Both the position numbers and the translations under genes were made by a program. A DNA stretch of 64,000 bases from Phoronis australis (lineage: Eukaryota > Animalia > Phoronida), in the NCBI GenBank assembly GCA_002633005.1, contig NMRA01000362.1:372001-436000 (forward strand). Direction: 5' to 3'. Position 1 is the stretch's first letter, and the number at the start of each line of letters is the position of its first letter. The notes under the pieces are model-generated. The model saw nothing but the letters and a program-made list of their open reading frames with translations. It ran no database searches and had not been told where the DNA came from. Shown piece after piece: positions 11,100 through 23,510 of this stretch.

Positions 11100-12796
11100 C
11101 CCTTTTGTATACGCCTTTGTTTTTGATATATGAGACAGAACAAACAATATACAACGACGACGCTTAATTGGCGCAAGCGAAATAAGGTAATCCACCTTTT
11201 GTTCTTATTCAGCAGCGTCATCCCTCTTTTGTTTCGGTGTCGATCCGTTGCGAGGAGCCGCAAAAACGAGCATCGAGGTGCCTCTCTAACGGGACTCATT
11301 AAACCTATTACGTCATGAGGTGTGACGTCATTGACACATCCGTCCGGTAGGCGGATGGTGTCCCTTCCGATTGCAGTTATCCCACGTGACCTTTGACCTT
11401 TTCCTTTCACATGGATGACCTTTGACCGAGGAGCCGCATGGTCGCTTTTTGAGTGTATAGAATTACAAGTCATTGAGAAAGTGCGATATTGATCTTAGTA
11501 CACGACCTGTTGCTGACTCGACATGCTCCATTTGTTAATGCTTGTCGGGTTCTGGGAATTGACCAATAGCAAGCTCCGCCCCTTGCGAAAAAATCACCGA
11601 CAACGTGTTGTTTGTCGGGTAAAATGGCGGCTTTGAAACACAGACGAAGGTGTGTCGAGAATGTTGCGTTCTGATTGGTCAGTTAGACCGACAATCAAAA
11701 TCCTAGTTATAGGTCAATTATAGGTCACGTGACACTTCAGTGATAAAGAATATTTATTAGCCGTGATTGAAAAACCACCTACTCTGCCGACGTCAATTCG
11801 GTCGGAAAATGAAAAAATCAGTACTATGCAAAAACTTAACATCTTGTCTAATCTCTATTGCAAACAATACAGAACCAAACAAAACCGGTAAAACTAAAAA
11901 TTCAACGACTTTAAAGAACGAAAACAAAGGTTTCCGCTTCAAAACATGGACCTAAGCAATGTTTTTCAAAGATAATGCTACTTGAGGCTTAGTATAGATG
12001 TTTCTTATTTAAAATTTATCGGCTGCTTCTCTCTAGTCATTGCAAGCTATTGTCGTCAACTTCAATTTGGTATAAAACAAGCTTGGGACAGAGAATCTGG
12101 TCGCATACATAACTGATGCAATCCACATTGTTGCTAATATTGTCATGTATAATTATCAGCACCAACTCCCCTAACTAAAAACCGCGAAATTGTGCAGAAA
12201 GCAATAACAAATAAATTGTTGTTTGCCCTTCAGTTGACGTCTTTTGTCACTTTGTTTAGCATAACATCCTCAAAACGGAAAATTGCAATTTACTAGAATT
12301 AGCAGAGTGTTTAATCGCGTGCTAAAGATCACGCTTTCGACAACCTCCGACCCTAGCGTAATAGGGTCCAACACATTTGCTGAGCGTCCGTGTGATAGTT
12401 TCAGTAACGTTTCAATCAAAAGGAGTCTATGCCGTGGAGGTTTCGCCCAAACTTGATGCTGAAATCTGCTGTTATGCAATTAATAATTCTCTCTGGATAT
12501 AACTTTTCTCCATGTCTTAAAGGGGATTCTGTGGTATATTCTGAGTTTTTTATTTACGGCAGCCGATTAAGTGGCCTCGAGTAATGAGAAATGTTTACAA
12601 ATTTGGAATACTTTGTAAAAAGCTTTTAAACATGAACCAAATTTTTAAGAACTATTTCATAGATTAAGGTGTCTGAAATAACACAGGGGTAATCGAATAG
12701 AAATTGGACGGAAAAAATGCCTGGAATTCCTTAGACAGACACACTGCTTCGTCGGCTGAAGCCAACCCGCATTGACCAGCGAATTTCACTGAACTT

Positions 12797-13045
12797 GGGG
12801 CCTGTTCTAAGAAAATGACTAATTTCATGTTTCACTTAAGTCTAAGATTGGTCTCGACCTCCAAACTCAAAAGCTTCCAAATCTGGTTAGTTAGCAAAAC
12901 TAAAGACAAAATTAAAGTAAAAAACTCAAGTCCAACTTAAGATCATTTTATTGGAACGGCCTTAAGGTAAATTTAAGCTTTATTTTATAATTGACAAAAA
13001 TTTAAGATTTATCTTCGCTGAGTCAGTTTTCTTGGAACAGGCCAC
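12797..13045. mobile_element. PIF/Harbinger-like MITE
   Basis: TIR of about 24 bp: ggggcctgttctaagaaaatgact / agtcagttttcttggaacaggccac. TSD is ambiguous. Confidence 0.65.
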
Positions 13046-13359
13046 TAGTCTCATGCAAACGAATATATTGACAATTCTTTTCGAGCTTAGATATCATTCC
13101 TATTCTGAGCACGAACAAACATGAAGCCGATGTTAGACCAGTAAGTGGCCGAAGTCGAAATTGATTGTTTTTTTGTTTTTTTTACACTAAAACGCGGCAT
13201 TAATGTGTCTTCAAGTGATATAATGCTGGCTAAAACTGAGTTTCATATTTTTTTCTTTTTTCGATTATTTTAAACGACAACGGTAAGACAACAACATGTC
13301 ATAATCTCCAGCGAAAGTATTTTATGTGCACCGCTCACAGGCATAATCCCCAAGTTGTA

Positions 13360-13935
13360 TTTAGAGATACTCTTCCAGTGTCATTTTATTTAAAAACTTC
13401 TTAAAACGGAATTTAATGCAAGTTAGTTCAGTTAAAACTCGAACCCAAATTCAATACAACTTCAAATATTTTCAAACTTAACCAATTCTACATTTTATTT
13501 TTATTTTGGTGGTGCACCACTTCCTAAAATGGCCGCCGTTGTGAGTGACAGCTGATTCATGCTTTGTGTATACTTACTCATTTGTCGCAATGTGTAATGA
13601 GGTTTCAGCAGAAACTTTTGCCACTTTTTAACAAAAAATAAAAAGTATAGTAAAACAAAGAAAACACAAAAGGGCTTAAATTTACGAGATGTTTATATTT
13701 TAATGATATCTTTCGACTGACGAAACTCATCCTGTTGACGAATGTAAAGAAAACAGTATATTTAACACGAAAGTAGTCCGTAACAACAGACGACATAATG
13801 CGTGCCGATTTAAGGTAAATGTCAACCTTTGTAGTTCCATTTTTCAAAAAATGAGACTACTCTCTGCGAATAGACAGTAATAATAGTTAGTTCATGATTG
13901 GACATTCTGTCAACTAGGGCTCTGAAAATATGTAC
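13360..13935 (+). repeat. Old interspersed repeat; inverted homologue at about 33125-33750
   Basis: Blocks such as gatatctttcgactgacgaaact, ttattttggtggtgcacca and gtaatgaggtttcagcagaaact match reverse-complemented blocks in 33125-33750. Confidence 0.7.
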
Positions 13936-15011
13936 TTCTATGAAAACAGGCTGCTAAAAGCTTTGATGAAGTGCATGTAGGAGAGGACTCTCCGAACGTT
14001 GTCATTTTCTTTACACGTCGACGTGAACTACAGTGTATTGGTTAACTGCTCAGTTAACTTTCAGTCTCCACTGCCCGTTGTACAATACGTACGCTACTGA
14101 CAATATACATATCGCAAAGCACACGAAGTTTTCGTCAAGACTAGTTATAGGAACATGTAATTCCCTACAGGTGAAACTATGTATAGCAACTCCCTTGCTC
14201 AATATAGCTCTAATTAGGATCACTTTTTATTTTGTCCATTGTCATAAAACGACTGGCACGCGTTTGAAAACGTCCTTGGTGGCAAGATTAGTAACAAAAT
14301 TGTGGAAAGACTTGTTTAAGAAGTGCCTTTCTGAAAATGCATGTGTATGACGGAGGTTTATAATTGCTTGTGCACACTATATGTAAAAACTGAGCAACTT
14401 CAAAAATGTTTTTCTTTTTGTTCATCATCATCTATATTCATACATGAAATCAAATAGATTTTGGAATGCCGTGCATTTACCGACGGATAAAAGTCTGTAT
14501 CACCCCCTTGACAAAGAGCGCGTCGCTCGATACGTGGGGATATTTTAATATATTTTAGTACCGACGCTTGTCGTTTTAGTTTCACTAGTTTTATTATTTT
14601 ATTTCCTGATACACATACATTTTGTTTGTGTGAGTTCATGTATCTGCGGTGTCGAATAAGATAAGACTACGATCACTGTACGCTTGTAGCCAGTTATTGC
14701 AGCACATGGACGAGTGTGCAAGGAGATTAAGATCACTAGTTGCCGTGACGTGTTGCTTAGAACTAGAACTTACCTCCAGGGATCAGCAGATGAGTCTTTG
14801 CATTGATATTAGCAACTGAACAAATATATAACCAGTAATGAGTATCTCAATAACATGTCGTAACTGGTGTGGAAACAATGCTGCTTACATTCCGACATTC
14901 TACAATTGAGTTTATAGAACCATAGTATGAATATATAGCTTCAATTTGCGCCGGCGTATTCTTCAATGAACCCCTGCCCCGCCCCTTCACAAGGTTATGT
15001 TAGTACACAAC

Positions 15012-15167
15012 CAGAGGCGGACATAAGGGGGGCAAGGGGGCCATGACCCCCTTAAAATTCTTCCATATTACATTTGGCACTTTGGGGATGCGAATGTCTG
15101 ACGGGCAAAATCCTGGTTAACACTCTGCCCTTGCCGGCCCAAACTCAAAATCCTGAATCCGCCCCTG
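15012..15167 (+). mobile_element. MITE family B, full-length, perfect 5-bp TSD
   Basis: Ends cagaggcgga / tccgcccctg. TSD acaac at 15007-15011 and 15168-15172. Confidence 0.9.
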
Positions 15168-15699
15168 ACAACGCATGATTTCACCTTCTTTTAATTCTTA
15201 AGTAAACGTCAGAAACCAGTGAACTGAATGTCTGTTCATTTTATATCGGCAAAGTTGTCACTACCGTTGCGTCCTCAAGTCGATGACCGATTTCTTTGTT
15301 GAGAAAGCTGGAGAGCGGTGCAAGAAAATGACAATTATTTCATCAATAGACAGTTTCGGCTATACGATGAACGTAAACGTGAACGTGTGAGGTCGTCATC
15401 GTTTGATTTCTACGTCACAATGTTGACCAACATTTTCGTACTTACGGTCTTGTCACACGGGTGGAATCAACGCTAAGACCACAGATCTCACGTAAGTGCA
15501 AAACACGAGTTTTAATAACCGATTTATCGTAAAAGATCCTAATGTTTTAGAAAGTTTAGCTATCCAAGGGATGGTGTAGCTTAGTGCATGTGGCTAACTC
15601 GGTTAATTGTTTGAAAGGTGACCTTTGTTCTGAAGCCCTCATGGTTGTTCACACAAAAGCCATAATACTCGGGAGGTAACAGCAAGCCCTGCACCAGAT

Positions 15700-16582
15700 G
15701 TTCCATGGCAAATGGAATGCCAGTGTAAAGCAGATATCTCAGAGTCGAAAACAGACTCCCGTACCTTCAAAAGAGCTAACCAGCTCGAAAGCACGAACCC
15801 CAACCTTCAAGACAAGAACCCCGGGAATCGGACAGGAAACCCGGACAATTTTTCAAATTTTCTGAGACGATGTTAGTAGTCTCAGACTTTGAATTAAAGC
15901 ATCTTCAAGTACTCTGGATTTGGTTTTTAAAAATTGTCAATAATAAAACATAACTGATATTTGTTATTAGGCTTTTATCAGTAAAACTCGTGCAACTTGT
16001 CTGTGGGCGAATTTCAACATAATTTATACTCTCAACACGTTGTTATCTCGGTGAATATTTAGTTAATTTCAGAGTATTCTATAGTTTCTCCAAAAATATT
16101 TTAAAAATTCGACTTCCGAGTGCCATTGTTGATTAATTCCTTTCTTTACAATTGGCCGCATTTTGTCGATTTACTTGAGAGTAAATTATCTCCGGCACAA
16201 TCAATCTCCGGATTTTGAAATGGACCGCGAGAACTATTCACTCAAAAGACATGCATCGTCACCAATTTCACCGTTCTTAACCTTAAAAAGTGTACTTCAA
16301 CTCCCGATCGTTCATTAACACGGGATTAATTTGGAATCAGAATTGCTGAACTCAACGCATCCACACTATTTTCTTGAGATAAACAATGTTTGACAAAACA
16401 AAAATGCGGGAGTGGTGTTTCAGTCACCGGATGTCCTGTCCGATCCCCAGGGTTCCTGTTTTAAATGTCAGGGTTCGTGTTTTTCGGGCTGGTTAGCCGT
16501 TTTGCAGGTGCGGGAGCTTGCTTTCGACTCAGGGATATCCGTTTTACACCGGGGCTCCATTTTTGAATGATCACCTTGAATA
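15700..16582. mobile_element. Non-autonomous DNA transposon with degenerate TIRs of about 140 bp
   Basis: 15710-15848 is the reverse complement of 16426-16565 (for example gatatctcagagtcgaaa / tttcgactcagggatatc and atcggacagga / tcctgtccgat). Confidence 0.7.
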
Positions 16583-16633
16583 TGTGACAGAAATAGTATA
16601 CTCATATTTTCTGCCAAAACATCCCAATTTCGG

Positions 16634-16863
16634 NNNNNNNNNNNNNNNNNNNNNNNNNNNNNNNNNNNNNNNNNNNNNNNNNNNNNNNNNNNNNNNNNNN
16701 NNNNNNNNNNNNNNNNNNNNNNNNNNNNNNNNNNNNNNNNNNNNNNNNNNNNNNNNNNNNNNNNNNNNNNNNNNNNNNNNNNNNNNNNNNNNNNNNNNNN
16801 NNNNNNNNNNNNNNNNNNNNNNNNNNNNNNNNNNNNNNNNNNNNNNNNNNNNNNNNNNNNNNN
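16634..16863. other. Assembly gap (230 N)
   Basis: Run of N. Single Ns also occur at 3629, 10226, 36196 and 48536. Confidence 1.
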
Positions 16864-18732
16864 CAATATTTCACGAAAGTAAAAGAGGGCAATGCTTTGA
16901 TTATAAATATTCAAAGCAAACAGTAATAACTGAGAGTCTGTGAATTAAATACAGACCTTTTCATCTTAGTGCCATTTTGTTTTGCCCAAAATCCCTATAG
17001 GTGTAAGAAAAAAATGACAGCTTAGAATTCTTATAACTTGGGTTTTGATTGTTTTCACCTTGGACAGAATACATGTACAACTGTACGAGGATGTCACCAC
17101 GGCGGCAGCTTTTACCTCCACCCCCGCTGCCACCACGGTTTCTGTCATCACCAGGCAGTTGCAGCAAACAGTCAGTTTTATGCGTCATTGGTTTTAAAAT
17201 AACGGGCGTTATTCAATGTAAGTAACTGGTTCTGAAATGAAGAATCAATCACATCACTGTTATGCTACTGAGTCATCCTACCTGTTGCCTAATTTTACCG
17301 ACGTCTTTTTGTTACCGGTACGGTGACTCTTCCGCTGTTGCCAATTAGTCATCACAGTGTCACTTCGTGTAACCCTTCTCCAGTTGTGTTCGCTTTTAAC
17401 GTGTAGCCGAAGCTCTCTGGTGGAACATAACGCGCACAAAAACATGAAGATGTGGCCTCAGGTGCATCACACATTCGCGTTTAAGGTGAAGTGGAAACTC
17501 TCTATGTTTCGTCCATAACGCGGGGCAAGGGGTTTCTCGATTACTTTCCAAACCATTCGGACCCGGCGTTCTAAAGTGGTGTACGCTTCGTGTGGAGTTG
17601 ATTACAAATGACAATTTTAGTGGACTGAACGAACATCACTTTCTAGAGCAAACAGTTTGGGAATCCAGCTGGTTGGTTACTTGCAAACATGCTTGCACGC
17701 ACTAAACTTGTAATTCTACAACGTAAAAGGAATATGAAGGACGTAGGAAAGATCACGGCCGTTTTATGTACAATTGTACTTCGGAAATTTGTCTTTGACC
17801 GACTAATTGGGTGCACGATGGCTTTTGACATTTTTTTTTTCACTTTTAGACGCACTGAATGATATATTTTGTCTGATGGGGAATGGTCTGCATTATCTTG
17901 TGTCGTTGTGTAACCTATTTCATATTTGTAGTTTAGGTAGTGAGTAAAAATGAAATTCCTCTGAAAGACAGAGACAATTTTTAGTGGATCGCACTGAATC
18001 AAAAATCAACTTTACATTTAAAGCTCATGCTAAACTTTACCCCAATACGATTGAGTGAGAGAGGTCCTAAACGGTTTACCCGACGGACACTACCAAAAGC
18101 CGTCAGAATGACGATCATATAGCCGAACGGGAGCAAATTTCTTTGAAAACTGTGTCTTGACCGCTTATGACATCCTGGATCCGCCAGTGTTTCAAACGTA
18201 AGCCATGTGCCTGGAACCGTGATGTTGCAGTGCGTACAGTAAGTCAGATATTTTGTTACACTTTCACGTGTAGCTTTTGCAATCTGTTTTTTTCTTGAAA
18301 CAGTCCTCTTTCATTACAAGAGAAAATTTCATGATGTACACCAAATCATCAAGAATTTTCCATTGAGCTCATATATGTATATAGTATGGGATTTGTTAGT
18401 TAAAAGTTCTTGAAATTTGTAGCTAAAACAGCAGGTACGCTTACTTTTTAAGTATTTTATTGGCCTATACAACCGAAACAATGATTTTTTAAGAGGTATT
18501 TTCTAACAATGTTCGCCGTTACAGTTAAACCTTTCGTGGTCTCTGCCTGTGCTCTTTCAGTTTCACACGCGACACTTTGCAAATGTACGCTATTATACAA
18601 GCGAGGATTTGTATGATTGGCAAAACTCCTTAGAAAGTCGTCTACCTGATCGAACTTCAAGTCAAAAAAGAAACAATGTACACAATATTGTTAGAACAGT
18701 TATCATTATCAACACCTCAGAAAAGGTTATTG

Positions 18733-18780
18733 TAGCAGTTGTTGCTGTCGTTGTTGTTGTTGTTCTTGTTGTTGTTGTTT
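18733..18780 (+). repeat. Imperfect (GTT)n microsatellite
   Basis: gttgttgctgtcgttgttgttgttgttcttgttgttgttgtt. Confidence 0.85.
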
Positions 18781-19274
18781 TGGTCAATGGAAAATTAATA
18801 ATGTTCCTCGAACAACACGCGATGATTTCCTGAATGGAATGATAATTAGGTGTTGATAAGCACATGTCTATCACAAAGATGGTCGTTTCTTATTTGTATG
18901 ACTAATTTGTGATTTTTGTTGAACTAATGAGAAATTCCTGTATCACGAACGCGCAATCAGTCAGTTTTGGGGCGAATTCAAAATTCTGACAAGCAAGTTT
19001 AACACGCACTATTAAATTGGCAGTTTAATTACAATTAATGACGGTTGCTTGACAGAATTCAATACCCGACTGTCTTGACTGCCGACTCGGCGTAATTAAA
19101 GCTATTGTACGCACGTTCTCGTGAACGGTCGAGAAAATCTATAAATCACTCGATCTTCAATAACAGCTTTAGAACTATCTAGTCAGTTGAGTGACGTCGG
19201 CTTTTTCGATAAATACATTACGTAGACTCGGAAACTCTGAAATCAGAAAATTTTTTCAAGTGGCTTAGCTCAAG

Positions 19275-19283
19275 ATGATCAAG
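19275..19283 (+). CDS. Candidate start-codon mini-exon (M-I-K) of the GPCR
   Basis: ATG ATC AAG|GTAAGA gives a strong phase-0 donor compatible with the phase-0 acceptor at 37511. A CRE-like gtgacgtc lies at about 19191. Speculative. Confidence 0.3.
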
Positions 19284-20379
19284 GTAAGAGAATTTTTCTT
19301 TCTTGTTAATTAATTTATCTAGGTCGTTTTAATAGACGTTTTATAATTTTACATTTACATGCTAGCATCGCATGAGATAAATTTCTTAGAAAATGTGTTT
19401 TTCATATTTTTTCGAGTAATTTGTGTCAACTAAGACGTGAAACTTAATGTCTAGTTTGAATTATAGTAATGCACAAAACCGTACGCTTAGCTCTTTAACT
19501 CAGCAACGACTGCACTGACGGTTAAAACGAATTTTGCTGAATTTGGAAATGCTTTACCCCGTTGTTGTTGAAATGTTCAATAAAAACGTAAAATAATATT
19601 GAAAATTTATAAGTAAATGCATCCGTTACATTATTTCTGAAAGGAGCAAATGTTACTTACATATTGGCGTGAATTTCAATTATGATGGTTAAAGAAAGAT
19701 TTTTTAATCAATGTTATACTGAAAAAGTTTTGGACAGCTTTCAATAACTCAATGTCACCCCGTATGTCGATCGAGTTCTTTTTATTTAACAACTTGTTGT
19801 TTTATGTTCAGTACAGACGTTAGCATGTTCGCTTTTTATTTCCGCAGTTACATTGCTGCGCCTCAAACTCAAGATACTAGCTCACGTATCTATCCTGCAC
19901 TGAATTTCCTATCACTGCCTACCCTGTGTGGGTCCCCTTTTAGACATTAACCCCTAGTTTTGGTTGCTGTATTTATTTGATCTTAGTAGTAGAAGTATAT
20001 ATTCGGTGAAAAATCCTGGTGGAAGTATCGTTTAAAGGGCCACTATTCAGGCCCCACATCCCAGTGACCTCGAGTAACCCCCTAACCCCCTATATTTGCT
20101 GTCCTGAAACCAACCGTAGAGCCGGTTCGGTTAGTCGCCAACACTTCTTCTCGAGAGACCCGTTTCGCCGTAGTGTTTAAGTTAAGAATGTGAAAATGCA
20201 ATGACAGACCTCCATTACAATTTGCGACTAAGTGGGCTATGGGAAGGGGGTTTAACATTTATTAAAATTGTTAAAAGGATAACAAACCCTGTTTTGATGA
20301 TTTAAGTCATTCCTCGTTCTGTCACCTGCTAATGTATCATTGGCATCATTCTCGGACGATAAAAGCAGCAATCAGCTAA

Positions 20380-20740
20380 AAGCTCATACTCCATGTGTCA
20401 GAGATTAGATATTGTGGTTCTTGGTGGTTGGTCTTTCTCCACAGTTGCCGTGTAATTCGCTAAAAAAAGTAGGTCACGCTTGCCCGTTTAGGAGTCTTTG
20501 AAAAGAGTTTTCAAAATGTCCTCCAAACTTTTGAGGGTTGTCGAGAAGTTACAGTGCATTATTCTGTTTCAGAGAATTGGATAGATAAGGCGTTTTTAAT
20601 ATGTGTTACTAGGCCGAAACAAGGTTTGGTATCCTTTTAATATTCTCGGCCAATGACGTTTTCCGTAAAAAGAATAATAATTGAAATACTGCTTTAGAAT
20701 ATCTCAAGAAATGGACGCACAAACTTATGTTGAAGTTGAC
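20380..20740 (+). repeat. Interspersed repeat; second copy at about 27243-27535
   Basis: Shared blocks agattagatat..ggtggYtggtcttt..ccacagttg, agggttgtcgag and ggtttggtatccttttaat. Confidence 0.75.
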
Positions 20741-22149
20741 ATTTTTAGTTAAATGAGTGCGCAACCGAAAGCCTGAGTCATTCAAGAATGAGGTGTAACG
20801 TTTTTCCGTCTGCTTGGCGAGTTGCTAATTTTTTAATCTCACGCCGCTTGTTGTGACATGGAGTTCAATACCCAGGGATTTTCCACTGTATTAGTTCTTA
20901 GCGAATGCGTCTTTAATAAGGCAGTCTTTGGCGGGAAGCCAACTCATTCCGTCGGTTTTACGTAAATTCTCGAATTCGAACATCTTGGTCCATAAATTTT
21001 TGACCCTGGGGATTTCACAAAAGCGTAAAATTTCACAAAAAGTAAACGTTGGCTTGAACGATGTGCGACCTACACTGTCAATGGCTGCGGTAGTAATACG
21101 TGTTTCTAAACACGAATTAGAAGGCCATCTGTTTAATGTAAAACTATCTATTACATCTTTCCTTTAATTAAGCTATCTCGTCATTAGTTGTATGTAAGTA
21201 CGTGATCAACTGAGTATGAGACGGTAGGGCACTGCATAAAATGCCTGTAGAGTCCGCTACGATCAATGGAAAAAATGGAAAATCATTAAATATAATTAGA
21301 GAAAATTTCTGCCTACGGTGTGGAGTAAAAATCTCAAAGGCCCCATGTTAACGATGACCATCTCAGACGGCAGTCTAGTGACATCCTGTCGGTGAACACC
21401 AGAACTTAATCCTACTAATATGAGCCTCTCTAATGTATCCTGTACGACAGTAACATATCAACCATACTTAAACTTGTCAACCGCTCCACTTCATCAGTAA
21501 TTGCAACGTTTTTGTCGTTTTTGTAGTGTTAAGCGGTTGTGTTAAAATACCACGTTTTACAACGTAATTGCTACGCGTTTATGCCGTTTTCCATTAACTG
21601 CATTCTTGGTAGCAAACCTAATCGGACTGTGTTGTTATACTGTGGTCGATGGGGCAAAGACCTGTAAGAAAATTATAGCGTGGAGATAGTAAAGTAGATC
21701 CAGCTAGAATCAAAAGGCCATCAAAATGCCCGCAGTTGGAACACAACAGTTTAAAGGGAACGTTTGATTTAGGCAACTTATCATTGAGAATAAGTCTCAT
21801 TGTGTTAACGCCTAAGATTTGAAACAATTTCTTGGTTTGCGATGAACTGAAAGGTCATTTCTGCTTCTGATCGACGTATATTCTGTTGAACTTCCGTCTG
21901 GGCAAGGAACAGGTGGATCAATTCTTAAATGTGAGTGGTCTAAATTAACAAAATTTCAAAACGCATACAGCCCAAATTTAAAACTGCGAAACCCCATTAA
22001 GTTTGCAGCCTAAAACAAATTGAAATCTATTAATTTCCATAGCGTATGCAATAAGAACAACACTCAGAATCCAAGTTGAAATTGGCTTACTAAATGAACA
22101 CTACCCCCATGTTACATTTAAGTAACATGAACACAAACGCAATGAATGG

Positions 22150-23510
22150 ATTTCCAATTACTTAGTTCCATTGACACGAGAGAGAAACTCTTCAAGAAAT
22201 CTAGTGCCTCATTCGCACCATCCATCTTTCACAAAATTTACTCAATTGAATCATTAAAGTGCTACAATAAAATTCTTTAGTCGGTCATTGAAAATGATAA
22301 ATACGTGTATTATGAAGTTACACTCGAGCAGAATACGAATGACATCCGTAAAACTTCGGAAATATGCCATCAGTAACTCTTCGCCTAATACTCTTCAAGA
22401 CGGGAGATTCTCTACATGTAACAAATTAAAATGAAATAACTGACTACTTTATTGAATACTTTACAAACTTTGGTAAATTAACTTGTTTAATTTCTACTAC
22501 AGAGTGTTTTTGAATATTTCTGAATAATAAAATTAACGGTCCTACGTTTAAATTAGGAATGCCATCAGAAGCTGAAGTCAAATTTAGAGCGCAATTGTTA
22601 GAACTCTCCCAGTTTTGATCGCTTTTCTAGTAATTTATAATAGAACATTGACAATTTCTTTCTAAACCGATCGTTGATAAGACCAACCAATTTCTTCATT
22701 CAGGATGGAATCTTTCCATAAATGAAAATTTGCAGTTATTCCCGTTTATAAAGGTACATAATATCCTCGATAAAAACGCAGTTAGTAATCATAAACTACT
22801 TTCAATACTACCCGTAATATCTAAATTTTTTGAAAAGTGGTTTGAATCGACTGCAGTTATTTCGATCACAACAATCTATTTTACAGCTCCCAATGTGTTT
22901 TCAGTTGCTGAGCTAACAGACTTGATATTTTAACATCTTGACCATGGTTGTAGCTTGTAATGATCTTTTTATGTACCTATCAAAAGCATTTGACATCATT
23001 GATCATTCGATTCCTTTAGTAAAACGAACATATTATGGTATCTCTATTATTGAATCTTTTTGGTTTCGCAGTTACCTTGAAGACAGAGTTTGATATCGTT
23101 ATTTCGTCATGCCTCGATATTACAACTGGTGTATCCTAAGACTCTATTTCAAAACCACTGTTGTTTTTGATATATGTAATTGACGTACACACCTTTTGCA
23201 ACACTAATTTTTTGTTTGCTGATGACACTTGTCTCTTTACTTTTTTCATTTGACTGATCAATAACAACCTCTAAAATGCCTCTAATTGGCTTTATGCAAA
23301 TGAAATCTTCAAATATAAGTAAATTGAAGTCATTCTATTCCACTTCCAACACAATTTTTTTATCATGGCACTTCCTCACAAATGAAAGCATTTAAAATCC
23401 TTGGCATTTTTCTAGATGACTCACTCACATGGAATAAACAATGAAGTCAGTAAAATTTCTAATAAAATTGACAAAACAGTTGGAGTTTTGTCGATCTTGA
23501 AGTGACATTA
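22150..23510 (+). mobile_element. Highly degenerate CR1/L2-group LINE reverse transcriptase remnant
   Basis: Across frameshifts: LSILPVISKFFEK, LSKAFDIIDH, WFRSYLEDR, TTGVS..PLLFLIYVIDV, LFADDT and LGIFLDDSLTW. Confidence 0.85.

Noticed and set aside
10802-11473. 223-aa minus-strand ORF
   Set aside because: No recognisable domain. It overlaps the duplicated segment, whose other copy is not open over the same length.
16468-16943. Long ORFs around the gap
   Set aside because: Artefacts of the 230-N run.
17068-17170. Possible T/A-rich exon (DVTTAAAFTSTPAATT) with a GTCAGT donor
   Set aside because: Weak splice sites, a phase-2 start with no partner exon, and low complexity.
18549-18874. Poly-Val / poly-Thr ORFs
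   Set aside because: Explained by the (GTT)n microsatellite.
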